From NCBI GenBank assembly GCA_002337095.1, contig DDFI01000001.1, positions 57,546-121,545 on the forward strand: a stretch of 64,000 nucleotides of DNA, read 5' to 3'. Source of the stretch: Candidatus Saccharibacteria bacterium UBA1932. GTDB taxonomy: Bacteria; Patescibacteriota; Saccharimonadia; Saccharimonadales; Saccharimonadaceae. Positions 39,217 through 49,180 of the stretch are shown here, piece after piece; the first letter of the stretch is position 1, and every line of letters begins with the position of its first letter. The position numbers and the translations under genes are program-made. Under the pieces are notes generated by a model. That model made no database searches. It was not told the DNA's origin and saw nothing but the letters and a program-made list of their open reading frames with translations.

Positions 39217-39334
39217 AAAACGGCCCGCTGTTTGTGAGATGTGACTTATGCGACTGCAGCCCAAGAATTTACATCGCTAAGACGTGAAATTCTTGGCGCG
39301 AAAGGGGCACATCGAATAAATAGAGGGCCGTTTT
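39217..39334. terminator. Long compound hairpin between convergent relA and ppa
   Basis: AAAACGGCCC (39217) / GGGCCGTTTT (39325); inner CCAAGAATTT (39261) / AAATTCTTGG (39287). Confidence 0.6.
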
Positions 39335-39353
39335 GCACGGCTCTCTAAATAAA

Positions 39354-39884
39354 TTATTGTTCGCCCCAGCGCGCAATCGATTCGTGAATGACCGCCTGAG
39401 CCTCGGCAATATCGCCCCACGATTTGACAATGGTCGTGCCGGATTTTTTGAGGTCTTTGTAATGATTAAAATGAAATTCGATCTGGCGAATCAGCTGCTC
39501 GGGCAGGTCCTCGAGGCTACGATAGGCATTGCCGGTGTGGCGATCATCTGCCGGCGCGGCGACGATTTTGTCGTCAGCTTCGCCATCGTCCTCAAACTTC
39601 ATCACGCCTAGCACACGCGCCTCGACCACCACGCCGGTCGGCAATGGTTCGTCAGTCACAAGCAGCACGTCTAGCTCGTCGCCATCCTCGTCAAGCGTCT
39701 GCGGAATAAATCCGTAATTAGTTGGCTTTGCAAAAATAGCTGGTTCCACACGGTCGAGCTGCATAAATGCCTGTTTGCGATTCCACTCGATCTTGTGGCT
39801 CGATCCTTGGGGAATCTCCACTACCACATTAATTACGCCCCCGTCAACGTCACCCGCATCCAGAATCTTGTTGTAATCTGCCAT
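39354..39884 (-). CDS. ppa: Soluble inorganic pyrophosphatase (family I)
   Basis: VVEIP.GS..K.E, NYGFIPQTL..DGDELDVL, DDK, FNHYK.L. Confidence 0.96.
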   Translation of the reverse strand: MADYNKILDAGDVDGGVINVVVEIPQGSSHKIEWNRKQAFMQLDRVEPAIFAKPTNYGFIPQTLDEDGDELDVLLVTDEPLPTGVVVEARVLGVMKFEDDGEADDKIVAAPADDRHTGNAYRSLEDLPEQLIRQIEFHFNHYKDLKKSGTTIVKSWGDIAEAQAVIHESIARWGEQ

Positions 39885-39999
39885 GACAAATAGCTCCTTT
39901 TATTTACGATTACTCCCATTATATCACTTCGCGCGCCAGCCCCCATACTCAGCACAGTCCACCCCGATCCGCCTCACCGATTATGCTATACTATGGAAT

Positions 40000-40989
40000 A
40001 TGAATTCCGAAAAAACGCTGATGCGGCCCAAGACCTATCTGCGCGACCTGATCCGACATATCAACAAAGCCCAGCACCGCGTGTACCTACTGGCGCTGGT
40101 CATTGCCGACGAGGACGAAACACGCACGCTCATGACTGCGCTTGAGCAAGCCGCCCAGCGCGGCGTCAAAGTCTCGGTTGCATCCGACATGGTATTTACC
40201 TATCGCGAGCTTGGCGTAACCGGCCGAAAAAAACATTACGTCCGTACGCAGCTAGCACGCATGCGCTCGATGCGCAGCAAGCTCCAGGCTCAGGGCGCGA
40301 GCGTCACTTGGCTCGGGCAGCACGGTATCACGCTGTACTCGCGTCGCACTCATGCCAAATGGTCAATCGTCGACAACACCGTCTATACTTTTGGCGGCGT
40401 CAACCTCTACAGCGTCGGCGTCGAGAATCTCGACTACATGTTTCGCATCGACGACACATCACTCGCCGATCACCTCGCATCACAGCAGGATATGTTTGTG
40501 CGCGAAAACAAATCTGGCCGCGCCCAGCCCAGCCATGATTTTGGCCTGGGTGACAACGTAGCACTGATCGACGGTGGCATGATTGGCGACTCCATTATCT
40601 ATCGGCATGCGCGCCGCCTGGCGTCAAAGGCCGTGCACATTATCTATGTATCGCAGTACGCACCAACTGGCAAGCTTGGCAAGATTATTCAGTCGCGCCG
40701 CCACGAGCTATATTACAACCCAGCCGCGAAGGTCGAATTCTTTGGCCGCTCACTCATCCACTGGATGGAATTTCTACGCGGTTTTCGCTCGCTATACACA
40801 CGCCGCCCCTATATCCACGCCAAGTTCATGATATTCACCATGGCCGACGGCGAGCGAGTAGCAATCACTGGTTCACACAACTTCCTGGCAGGCAACGCCA
40901 TCGCCGGCGCGCGCGAAATCGCCCTAGAAACCCGCGACCCTGCGGTTATCACCCAGCTCGAGACGTTTCTCGACAAATATATCAAATAG
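40000..40989 (+). CDS. Phospholipase D-superfamily protein (two HKD motifs)
   Basis: HAKWSIVD…GGVNL and HAKFMI…GSHNF. Confidence 0.88.
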   Translation: MNSEKTLMRPKTYLRDLIRHINKAQHRVYLLALVIADEDETRTLMTALEQAAQRGVKVSVASDMVFTYRELGVTGRKKHYVRTQLARMRSMRSKLQAQGASVTWLGQHGITLYSRRTHAKWSIVDNTVYTFGGVNLYSVGVENLDYMFRIDDTSLADHLASQQDMFVRENKSGRAQPSHDFGLGDNVALIDGGMIGDSIIYRHARRLASKAVHIIYVSQYAPTGKLGKIIQSRRHELYYNPAAKVEFFGRSLIHWMEFLRGFRSLYTRRPYIHAKFMIFTMADGERVAITGSHNFLAGNAIAGAREIALETRDPAVITQLETFLDKYIK

Positions 40990-40990
40990 T

Positions 40991-41932
40991 TTATGCCTGG
41001 CGCTGTGACGCTAGATATTCGCGAATCGTCAGCGCGGCGGTAGCGCCCTCGCCCACAGCGGTGGCCACCTGCATGGTTGCGCCGCTGCGTACGTCGCCGC
41101 TGGCAAATACGCCGGGCATGGTAGTCATGAGGCGCACGTCGGTAACGATAAAACCGTGAGCATCAAGCTCGATATCGCTGCCCGCCAGGAACGCCGTGTT
41201 TGGTTTTAGGCCTACGAATACAAATACGCCATCAACCGGCAACAATTCAGTCATGCCGTTTGTTGTTGTTTTTACAGCAGTTACTTTGCCGTCGGTATCG
41301 ATGATTTCGTCGGTAGCGGTATTGAAGTGCACTGTGATCGTACCTGCCGCGACATGCTTGGCAAGCTCGTGCTGCAGCACCTCGCTGGCTTTGATTTCGC
41401 TACGCACCAGCAGATCAACATGACTGGCAAAACGAGTAAGGAATATCGCCTCTTGGACGCCGGAATTGCCGCCGCCCACCGCTGCAATGCGCTTGCCGCG
41501 ATAGAATGCACCGTCGCAGGTGGCGCAGTAATGAACGCCGCGACCGTAGTATTCGGCTTCGCCAGGGATGCCAAGCTTGTTGTAGTCGCTGCCAGTGGCG
41601 ATGAGGACGGCACGGGCTCGCAGCTCCTCGCCGTCAATCGTGACCACGATATTGTCGCCATCGCGGCGGATGTGTGAAGCCTCGCCGAATGCGATCTTGG
41701 CACCAAATCGCTCGGCTTGTTTTTGGAGCTGCTCGGCAAGCTGTAGGCCGGCGATACCCTCGGCAAAGCCTGGGTAGTTATCGACTTGATCAGTGGTAGC
41801 AGCCAGGCCACCAATGACGGCTTTTTCGTACAGGATCGTCTCGATATCTTCGCGCGTGGTATAAATCGCCGCTGATAGCGCGCTGGGACCAGCGCCGATC
41901 ATGATAACATCGTGCAATTGATCAGCCATCAC
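40991..41932 (-). CDS. trxB: Thioredoxin reductase
   Basis: IGAGPSAL, CATCDG, VGGGNSG, VFASGDV. Confidence 0.96.
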   Translation of the reverse strand: MMADQLHDVIMIGAGPSALSAAIYTTREDIETILYEKAVIGGLAATTDQVDNYPGFAEGIAGLQLAEQLQKQAERFGAKIAFGEASHIRRDGDNIVVTIDGEELRARAVLIATGSDYNKLGIPGEAEYYGRGVHYCATCDGAFYRGKRIAAVGGGNSGVQEAIFLTRFASHVDLLVRSEIKASEVLQHELAKHVAAGTITVHFNTATDEIIDTDGKVTAVKTTTNGMTELLPVDGVFVFVGLKPNTAFLAGSDIELDAHGFIVTDVRLMTTMPGVFASGDVRSGATMQVATAVGEGATAALTIREYLASQRQA

Positions 41933-41939
41933 GTACCGC

Positions 41940-42554
41940 CTAGCCTAACCCCGGATATGGTACCGGTGTTGGCGTGGGAATAGCCAGCACAATGAACTTG
42001 AGTGGTGTGTTGGGCGGAATGATTTCCCTGCCCGTAGGATCTTTTTGACCCTTATCGCCATAGGCTTTGTCCGAATCGATGCTGATCTCGCGCACGCCGC
42101 CAAGCTTCATGCCCTTGACACCTTCGGTCCAGCCAGGGATAAGCCCGCTACCCGGAATTGGCTCCTTAAGCTGACCACTCATAATCGACTGGTCAAAGAT
42201 CTTGCCGTCTGGCGTCCAGCCGATATAGTAGGCGCTGTACTGCGTACTGTCGCCAATCACCTCGCCCTCGCCAACCAACAAATCCTCGCTCGTCACCGAC
42301 GTCACTGCGGCCGCATCAAACGCCGCAACTCGCGCAGCATACTGGCTGATGACTGGGTAGTATTTGGTATTGAGCTCGCTCTGCTGTGCGTTAGTTTTTG
42401 CCATATATTCGTCGTACTGCTTCTGCGCGACAGCCTGATCGCGCTGCGCGTTATCGTTGGCAATTACCATCACGATAAACGAACCGAGTGTTCCCACAAT
42501 CATAACAATCGTGATAATCAAGATGCCGATACGCTGACTTTTGGGCGTGGCCAT
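41940..42554 (-). CDS. Membrane-anchored FKBP-type peptidyl-prolyl isomerase
   Basis: N-terminal TM; FDQS, LIPGWTEGVKGMKLGGVR.I.I....AYG, IPPNTPLKF. Confidence 0.9.
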   Translation of the reverse strand: MATPKSQRIGILIITIVMIVGTLGSFIVMVIANDNAQRDQAVAQKQYDEYMAKTNAQQSELNTKYYPVISQYAARVAAFDAAAVTSVTSEDLLVGEGEVIGDSTQYSAYYIGWTPDGKIFDQSIMSGQLKEPIPGSGLIPGWTEGVKGMKLGGVREISIDSDKAYGDKGQKDPTGREIIPPNTPLKFIVLAIPTPTPVPYPGLG

Positions 42555-42604
42555 AGTAGTAAATCTCCCTCTCTAGTTGCTACAAATTATTATAGCATAT
42601 GTGA

Positions 42605-44386
42605 TTATTTTTCGATTTCGAACTGGGCAAGTCGGCGCTTGTCGTGCTCGGTCTGGCCGAGCTGCAACTTGAGTAGCTGTGCGTAGATACCGCCGCTACG
42701 GGCAAGCTGGCGCGGCGTACCGATCTCGTCGATGGTACCGCCGCTCAATGTGATAATCCGGTCAACATCAGCGATAGTGGAAAGCCGGTGAGCAATAATT
42801 AGCGTAGTGCGGTCTCGCATCAGGCGTTCGAGTGCCTCCTGAACCAGCTTCTCGGCACGGCTATCCAGGCTGCTCGTAGCCTCGTCGAGGATCAAAATTG
42901 GCGCGTCCTTTAGGATGGCGCGAGCAATGGCGATGCGCTGTTTTTGGCCACCACTCAGCTTGAGCCCACGCTCGCCAATCTGTGTATCGAACTTGCCGTC
43001 AAGCTTCTCGATAAATTCGTAGGCATTGGCAGCCTTGGCGGCACGAATCATGGCAGTCTCGCTGGCATGCGGCTTGGCGTACATAATATTCTCGCGAATT
43101 GTACCGCTAAATAGCGCCGGATCCTGAAACACCACCGCAATATGCTCCCGCAGCGACCGCTGCCGCACATCCTGGATATTGGTGCCATCAATATAAATAC
43201 CGCCGGACGTCACCTCGTATAGCCGCATGAGCAAGCTGGTAATCGTCGTCTTGCCGACGCCGCTTTCACCGACAAGGGCGATTTTTTCGCCTGGCTTGAT
43301 AGTAAAACTAATATCGCGCAGCACCCCAGCGTCCTTGACATAGCTAAACTCCACATCTCGGTACTCAATCTCGCCACGCGGCACCTCGAGAGCTGGCGCA
43401 TGCGGCTTGTCGGTGATACTCGGCAGCGTCTCCATCACCCTAAAATAATCCTTGCAGCCCGAAATAGCGCGCTGGGTATTGTCGACAATAAAGCTCATAC
43501 TATAGATCGGCACCCGCGCCAAATTCACCAGCTGCACCAGTAGCACCATCTCGCCAACCGTAAAATGACTGCTAGCGGTGTTGACAAATATATACGCATA
43601 AATCATAAAGAAAATCAGCGCCATCACCAGTCGGCGAGACATATCCATGCGATGCCAGTAGCTAGATTGGTGGCGCGTGACGTCAATGGCGTGCTGGTAA
43701 TGCCGCTCAAAATGCCGAAATTCTAGCTGCTCCTGCATGAAGCTTTTGACCACGCGAATTTGCGAGATCACTTCGGCAAATCGGCCACTAGCGAGGTCGT
43801 AGGAATGGTTTTTTTCGTCCTGCCATTTCTGCCATTTTTTGCTCGTGAGGGCCGTCAGCCACATAAATACCGGATAAACAATAAACACCAGCAGCGTCAG
43901 CTCCCAGCTATAAAACAGCAGCACCACCAGTACAAATACGACCTGCAAGATCATCTGGAAGAAGTTGTTGGCAAACATGTTGAGAAACTGCGTAACATCA
44001 TTGATTGTGCGGTTGAGCCGATTAATAATCTGGCCGGTGAGCTCGGTGTCATAAAAACTCTGAGGCATCTTAAGCAAATGTGTGTAATAGCGCTCGCTCA
44101 GCTGTTTGCGCAACCGCACGCTCATAATATCGCCCAGGTAGCCGCCGGTGTTTACAAATAGTGCATTCGCCGCATCCGTCACCAAGAATATCACAGCCCA
44201 AAACAACGCCTGCTGCACCTCGGGCGATTTGTTAGCGATCGATGCCATTACCACATCGGTAGCGGCTTTCGAGATAAATGGCTGCGCCAATACCGTCAAC
44301 GACATCAATATCGACAGCAGGGTGATGCCGACATAATATGGCCACAAATCACGAGCGTAGCCAAGGACCCTCCACAGAATATGCAT
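42605..44386 (-). CDS. ABC exporter (fused permease/ATPase, MsbA-like)
   Basis: Six-TM N-terminal half; GESGVGKTT, LSGGQKQR, LDEATSSLD, IAHRLST. Confidence 0.95.
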   Translation of the reverse strand: MHILWRVLGYARDLWPYYVGITLLSILMSLTVLAQPFISKAATDVVMASIANKSPEVQQALFWAVIFLVTDAANALFVNTGGYLGDIMSVRLRKQLSERYYTHLLKMPQSFYDTELTGQIINRLNRTINDVTQFLNMFANNFFQMILQVVFVLVVLLFYSWELTLLVFIVYPVFMWLTALTSKKWQKWQDEKNHSYDLASGRFAEVISQIRVVKSFMQEQLEFRHFERHYQHAIDVTRHQSSYWHRMDMSRRLVMALIFFMIYAYIFVNTASSHFTVGEMVLLVQLVNLARVPIYSMSFIVDNTQRAISGCKDYFRVMETLPSITDKPHAPALEVPRGEIEYRDVEFSYVKDAGVLRDISFTIKPGEKIALVGESGVGKTTITSLLMRLYEVTSGGIYIDGTNIQDVRQRSLREHIAVVFQDPALFSGTIRENIMYAKPHASETAMIRAAKAANAYEFIEKLDGKFDTQIGERGLKLSGGQKQRIAIARAILKDAPILILDEATSSLDSRAEKLVQEALERLMRDRTTLIIAHRLSTIADVDRIITLSGGTIDEIGTPRQLARSGGIYAQLLKLQLGQTEHDKRRLAQFEIEK

Positions 44387-44405
44387 AGATAGTATTGTAG
44401 CAGCC

Positions 44406-44951
44406 CTAGCCGAGATGCGCTACTATTTTGTCGAGCGAGGCATTGACTTTTGCCAGCACCGCGGCTTCGTCGAGCATACTGCCGTCGGGTGCCAGATCTT
44501 TTGCAAAAAACAAATTGGCCTGCGTATCCAGCACCTCGGCCTTGAGATTAGCCGCCAGTGCCTCACGGGCCGTGGCGTGCGCCTGGGCCGCACCGCTGCG
44601 CCAGCCGTAGCCAATCAGCGCCACAAGCTTGCCCGCCCATCCCTTGTAGATCCAGTCGATCGCATTCAACTGCACCGGGCTCATGGTGTGGTTGTATTCG
44701 GGCGTCACTAGCACCACGGCGTCAGCATCTGCCACCATGGCCGTCCAGCGCCGTACGCCTGCATTGGTCGGGACAAACTCTGGATGAGACGGCGGCAGCG
44801 GATCATCATAAAACGGCAGCTGCAGCTCGCCTAAGTCGGCCACCGCGACGATCAAATTACGTTGCTCGAGCAGCCGCACCACCAATGATACGACCTTGCT
44901 ATTCACGCTATTGGGCCGAACACTGCCGGTAACTACGAGTATATTGCTCAC
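44406..44951 (-). CDS. NADPH-dependent FMN reductase (flavodoxin-like)
   Basis: VTGSVRPNS, VTPEYNH, NAIDW. Confidence 0.9.
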   Translation of the reverse strand: MSNILVVTGSVRPNSVNSKVVSLVVRLLEQRNLIVAVADLGELQLPFYDDPLPPSHPEFVPTNAGVRRWTAMVADADAVVLVTPEYNHTMSPVQLNAIDWIYKGWAGKLVALIGYGWRSGAAQAHATAREALAANLKAEVLDTQANLFFAKDLAPDGSMLDEAAVLAKVNASLDKIVAHLG

Positions 44952-44969
44952 TATTCCCTCCTATTGTTG

Positions 44970-45428
44970 TTATTCGACACGCCGGGCAAATAATTCATCG
45001 ATGTCACGCATGAATATTTCGGCAGTCTTGGGCCCTACGCCATGAAATTCGCGCAGGCGCCGGGTGCACTCGTCCTGGTCGGCGCTCGAATCAATCAGCA
45101 GCGTCAACGAGCCGTCGTACATCTGAATGAGCTGTTGCATACACCGCTTGAGCGCCGCTGTCATGACGTGATTGTAGCGAGTGTATTTGCCCTCGACAAA
45201 CAGCCGCGACAATGCATAATCGCTCGCGTCAACGATCGCCCACGGCGTATCCAGCCCGCGCTCCACAAATAGCCGCCAGGTTTGCACGGCCACGCCCGAT
45301 TGGATTGGTTTGCCAAGCAGATACACTAGCAAAAACCATCGAAACACGTCGTCGTCACCACGCGTCACATCCAGGCCAAAATCCTCGGGATGGTGCTCGG
45401 GTTTTTTGCTTGCCGTCATACTGCTCAT
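44970..45428 (-). CDS. HhH-GPD/endonuclease-III-like fold protein
   Basis: C-terminal helix-hairpin-helix LREFHGVGPKTAEIFMRD; WFL...L.GKPI motif. Confidence 0.65.
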   Translation of the reverse strand: MSSMTASKKPEHHPEDFGLDVTRGDDDVFRWFLLVYLLGKPIQSGVAVQTWRLFVERGLDTPWAIVDASDYALSRLFVEGKYTRYNHVMTAALKRCMQQLIQMYDGSLTLLIDSSADQDECTRRLREFHGVGPKTAEIFMRDIDELFARRVE

Positions 45429-45446
45429 TATACAGCAAGCCGGCTG

Positions 45447-46037
45447 TTACTTCTCGTGCTCAATATGGCGACTATTAAGATCATAGTCGAAGCGCCAAGC
45501 AAGCGCTGCGCCTAGCATCGCCCGCTCGGCGATAGAGCCGAACAGCCGCCCCGCTGCCTCGCCGACGATTTCAGTGGCATGTGGCATTTGCGTGCGATAT
45601 CGCTCAAATGCCTCGTCAAAATATCGACGGATTTCATGCGGCTCAAGCGCGAGTAATATTCCGCCGCGCATCGATACCTGCCCATGATCCTCACGTCCTT
45701 CGGCGGCCAATATTGTACTCATCGTTTCGTGCAGGCTAATACCATGGCTGAGCGGCGACACCATCGCCATGTCGCCATCATACACCCTCTTCGCCAGCCG
45801 AGCGAACGTAGGGTGCCCCACACGAAACAGCCACCGAATCTGCTCGGCGCTCCAGTGCGTTGCCTCGACGAGCTCTGGACTGCTCACCGCTACAGCGAGC
45901 CCAGTCACGTTATGTTCCCACACATCTTCGATCGGAAATGCGTGCTGGCTTTCGAGTGATGGCAATTTGATGATATTCATACGCGCGGCCTCCAGATATA
46001 GGTATACTACCACGGCCACATATGCCGGCACAAACAT
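45447..46037 (-). CDS. Hypothetical protein
   Basis: ORF; true start may be ATG 45980. Confidence 0.55.
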   Translation of the reverse strand: MFVPAYVAVVVYLYLEAARMNIIKLPSLESQHAFPIEDVWEHNVTGLAVAVSSPELVEATHWSAEQIRWLFRVGHPTFARLAKRVYDGDMAMVSPLSHGISLHETMSTILAAEGREDHGQVSMRGGILLALEPHEIRRYFDEAFERYRTQMPHATEIVGEAAGRLFGSIAERAMLGAALAWRFDYDLNSRHIEHEK

Positions 46038-46067
46038 AACCGTATTGCAGGTTGGTATCCCCGCTTG

Positions 46068-48569
46068 CTATACAATCGTGGCGCCCACCGCCCGCTCGGT
46101 ACGCGCGGCAATGTCGTCCATCAGGGGCGTCACATCCTCATCACGCAGGGTGCGCTCACTGCTTACGATGTCTAGATGGAACGTGTAGGTTTTGTGCTCA
46201 GCTTGTTCATCAGGCAGGTAAATCGACGTTAGTTCGGCCCGCACTTGCAGATCATCATGCTGCTTGATGGCTTGTTGCAGCGCATCGGCCACCGCACTGT
46301 AGCTTACATTCACCGCTGTGCGCAGTGATACGTCGCGCGATATTGCTGGGAATTTGCTGAGTGGCGCATAGTTGATCTGTTCGCGAGCGCCTACTTTAAT
46401 TAGTCCATCCAGATCAAGCGTTGCGGCCGCCACATACTCGGGCAACTTGTATTGCTTGCGCACCGAGCCCTTTAGCTCACCGATCATCCCAATAAATGTG
46501 CCGTCCATTGCAGTTACCAGCGCACTACGCGATTGGTCAAACGGCGCCGTCACTGGATAATCGAGCGGTTCATCAATCGGGCTAAAATGCAGCTCAAAGC
46601 CAAGGTCAAGTGCTAAGCGAGTCACCATCCGGCGCATCCGGTAGAACGCGGCGCCGTCGCGCGGCAGTCGGCTGGTATATACCATATCTACAAATTCTAG
46701 CTCACGCGGCAGGCCGTCATCGTCCTCGCGATGATAGCGCTTGTTGTGGCCTTTGCCAATTTCGTACAGTGCAAATTCGTCATAGCCAGCCCGAATATTC
46801 ATCTTCACACGCTCTAGCAAACTCGGCAGCACGCTCAGGCGATAGTACTGCAAATCAGGGCTCAGCGCATTCGAAAGCTGAAACGCCTGCGACACGTCCT
46901 GTTCGGCTTTTTGCATGGTGTGTTGGTGCACAAAACTATACGTCAGTACTTCATTCGCGCCCATGCGGCGCAGGCTATCGCGGATTTTCTGCGTATATGC
47001 AGTGTACGGATTTACTGCCGCCGGCGCAATGCTGCGTGTTGGCAGCTCTTGCGGCAACGCGTCAAACCCATACAGACGGCCGATTTCTTCGACGAGATCC
47101 TCGGGTAGCTCTAGGTCGGTGCGCCAAAACGGCGGCGTAACAACAAGATCCTCCAGCTGCGCCTCGACGCCAATTTCGACATTCGCGAGCAGCTTGCTCA
47201 TTTGCGCCACATCAAGCCCAAGCCCCAAGCGTTCATTGACAAACTGCGCCGAAATCGCAATCGGCTGGCTGTGTGCACGCAGATCAGCCTGTTTGTCGTG
47301 CACCACGCTCGCCTGCTCGGCACCAGCCAGCTGGGCAAGTAGCTGCATGGCACGCCCAAGGATGCGGTCTTGTTGAAGCGGCGACTGGCCCTTGGTAAAT
47401 CGCGTCACTGCGTCGGTAAATAGCCCATGACGCATGCTGGTTTTGCGGATCGTATACATATCAAAACACGCCGCTTCGAGCACAATAGCGGTAGTACCAG
47501 GCGACACTTCGCTACTGCCGCCGCCCATAATGCCACCCATACCGACCGGCCCGGCGCCATCGATAATCACGATATCGCCATGCGTCAGGTCGTAGGTTTT
47601 GCCATTAAGCAGCGGCAAGGTTTCGCCCTCGCGCGCCATGCGCACGCCAAGCTGCTGGCCATCAAGCTTGTCGTAATCGTAGGCATGCAGCGGCTGCCCC
47701 GTCATCAGCATCAAGTAATTAGTAACGTCAACGACGTTGTTGATAGGCTTGCACCCCATCGCCACCAGCGCACACTGTAGCCACATCGGGCTAGGCTTTA
47801 CCACGATATTCTGCATGGCTACGGCCATAAATCGCGGCACGTTGTCGCCCGCTTCGTTGACGACGGCCAGCGGCAGGCTTTGCACTACCTCAAATTCTGG
47901 CTGCATAATATACCAATCAGGGCTGGCAAATTGCTCGTGCTGAATACCGGCGATCTCGCGCGCCACGCCAATCTGGCCAAAACAATCTGGGCGGTGAGTG
48001 AACATTTTGTTTTCGATGTCAATAATAGCGTCTTCGAGGCCAAATACTTCGGCGAATTTTTGGCCGGGCTCCAGGCTTTGATCGTGTAGCTCAGGCGGCA
48101 AGTCGTCGCTGGTCAGCGCTATAATGCCGCTATGATCAACGCCAATCCCTAACTCATCGGCCGCGGCGAGCATCCCACTACTCATCACGCCGCGCAGCTC
48201 GCGGGCGTCAAGCACAAACGGCTCGTCATCATTCCAGGTGCTCGGCACAGTCGATTGGGGCGGCAGCCATACCGCCATCATGTTCTGAACTACATTCGGC
48301 GCGCCGCAAACCACTTGCACCAGGCCATTGTCGTCGCGTTCGACCCGAGGCGTTACGCCGCCGTCGTCAACCATGCATATTGTGAGCTTGTCGGCATTTG
48401 GATGTTTAGTGGCGCTTACCACGCGCACGATGGTCGCACCGGCATAGGCGGCCCCAAGTTCCGTTACTTCTTCTACGCCACCCAGCTGCTGATTGATGCG
48501 CGCAACCAGTTCATCAACCGTGCCGCGGATGCTGGTGAGTGATTTGATGATGTGTAAGCTGACTTTCAT
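46068..48569 (-). CDS. pheT: Phenylalanyl-tRNA synthetase beta subunit
   Basis: HPNADKL, VVCGAPN, THRPDC, NNVVDVTNY, PFWR.D, DLVEEIGRLYG, ferredoxin-fold anticodon domain. Confidence 0.97.
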   Translation of the reverse strand: MKVSLHIIKSLTSIRGTVDELVARINQQLGGVEEVTELGAAYAGATIVRVVSATKHPNADKLTICMVDDGGVTPRVERDDNGLVQVVCGAPNVVQNMMAVWLPPQSTVPSTWNDDEPFVLDARELRGVMSSGMLAAADELGIGVDHSGIIALTSDDLPPELHDQSLEPGQKFAEVFGLEDAIIDIENKMFTHRPDCFGQIGVAREIAGIQHEQFASPDWYIMQPEFEVVQSLPLAVVNEAGDNVPRFMAVAMQNIVVKPSPMWLQCALVAMGCKPINNVVDVTNYLMLMTGQPLHAYDYDKLDGQQLGVRMAREGETLPLLNGKTYDLTHGDIVIIDGAGPVGMGGIMGGGSSEVSPGTTAIVLEAACFDMYTIRKTSMRHGLFTDAVTRFTKGQSPLQQDRILGRAMQLLAQLAGAEQASVVHDKQADLRAHSQPIAISAQFVNERLGLGLDVAQMSKLLANVEIGVEAQLEDLVVTPPFWRTDLELPEDLVEEIGRLYGFDALPQELPTRSIAPAAVNPYTAYTQKIRDSLRRMGANEVLTYSFVHQHTMQKAEQDVSQAFQLSNALSPDLQYYRLSVLPSLLERVKMNIRAGYDEFALYEIGKGHNKRYHREDDDGLPRELEFVDMVYTSRLPRDGAAFYRMRRMVTRLALDLGFELHFSPIDEPLDYPVTAPFDQSRSALVTAMDGTFIGMIGELKGSVRKQYKLPEYVAAATLDLDGLIKVGAREQINYAPLSKFPAISRDVSLRTAVNVSYSAVADALQQAIKQHDDLQVRAELTSIYLPDEQAEHKTYTFHLDIVSSERTLRDEDVTPLMDDIAARTERAVGATIV

Positions 48570-49180
48570 GAGGTGTTCCTATTATTGACTTTTTTGCTCG
48601 ATTTTGCTATATTTGGAGTATCACCAATGGAAGATTTCCCCTTCAAGGTTCCGTCCTTGCGGGGGTTCTTCTTTTTTTGATCATACTCAAGTTTTTTGCG
48701 CAGATCGCTCACGAAGCGATGGTATGGCTTGAGAAAATCAAATTTCAAAAGTGCCGAAAACTTGTGTTGATTCGGAATGAGCAACGCAGCTAGCTTGTTT
48801 TGTTCGTGTAGATATTTTGCGAGGCATTGAAAGTCACCATCACCTGTAACGATCACTGCTTTGTCGTATTCATTAAAATCAATCATCGCCTGCAAAACTA
48901 ACTCCGCGTCGCAATTTCCTTTCGTTGTACCGTCTTTATATACCAACGTTGGCCGAAAGATACAAATAAATCCGGCGCTTTGCAGCCTAGCATATAGTTG
49001 GGCATTTTCTGGCAAAAACCCGATGAAAATATACGCCTTGTCGACGTGATATTTGTCAGTCAAATAGTTGCGAAAACGTACTTGATCGATTTTCCAACCC
49101 TGTTCTTTGACGCCAAGATTGAGATTTTGGCTGTCGATGAAAGCGTAGACTGTCGGCCTTTTTTTATTCCCGGTCATCAA
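48566..49180 (-). CDS. NYN-domain (LabA/DUF88, PIN-like) putative ribonuclease
   Basis: YAFIDSQNL, KGNCDAEL, IVTGDGDF..L. Confidence 0.88.
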   Translation of the reverse strand: MMTGNKKRPTVYAFIDSQNLNLGVKEQGWKIDQVRFRNYLTDKYHVDKAYIFIGFLPENAQLYARLQSAGFICIFRPTLVYKDGTTKGNCDAELVLQAMIDFNEYDKAVIVTGDGDFQCLAKYLHEQNKLAALLIPNQHKFSALLKFDFLKPYHRFVSDLRKKLEYDQKKKNPRKDGTLKGKSSIGDTPNIAKSSKKVNNRNTS

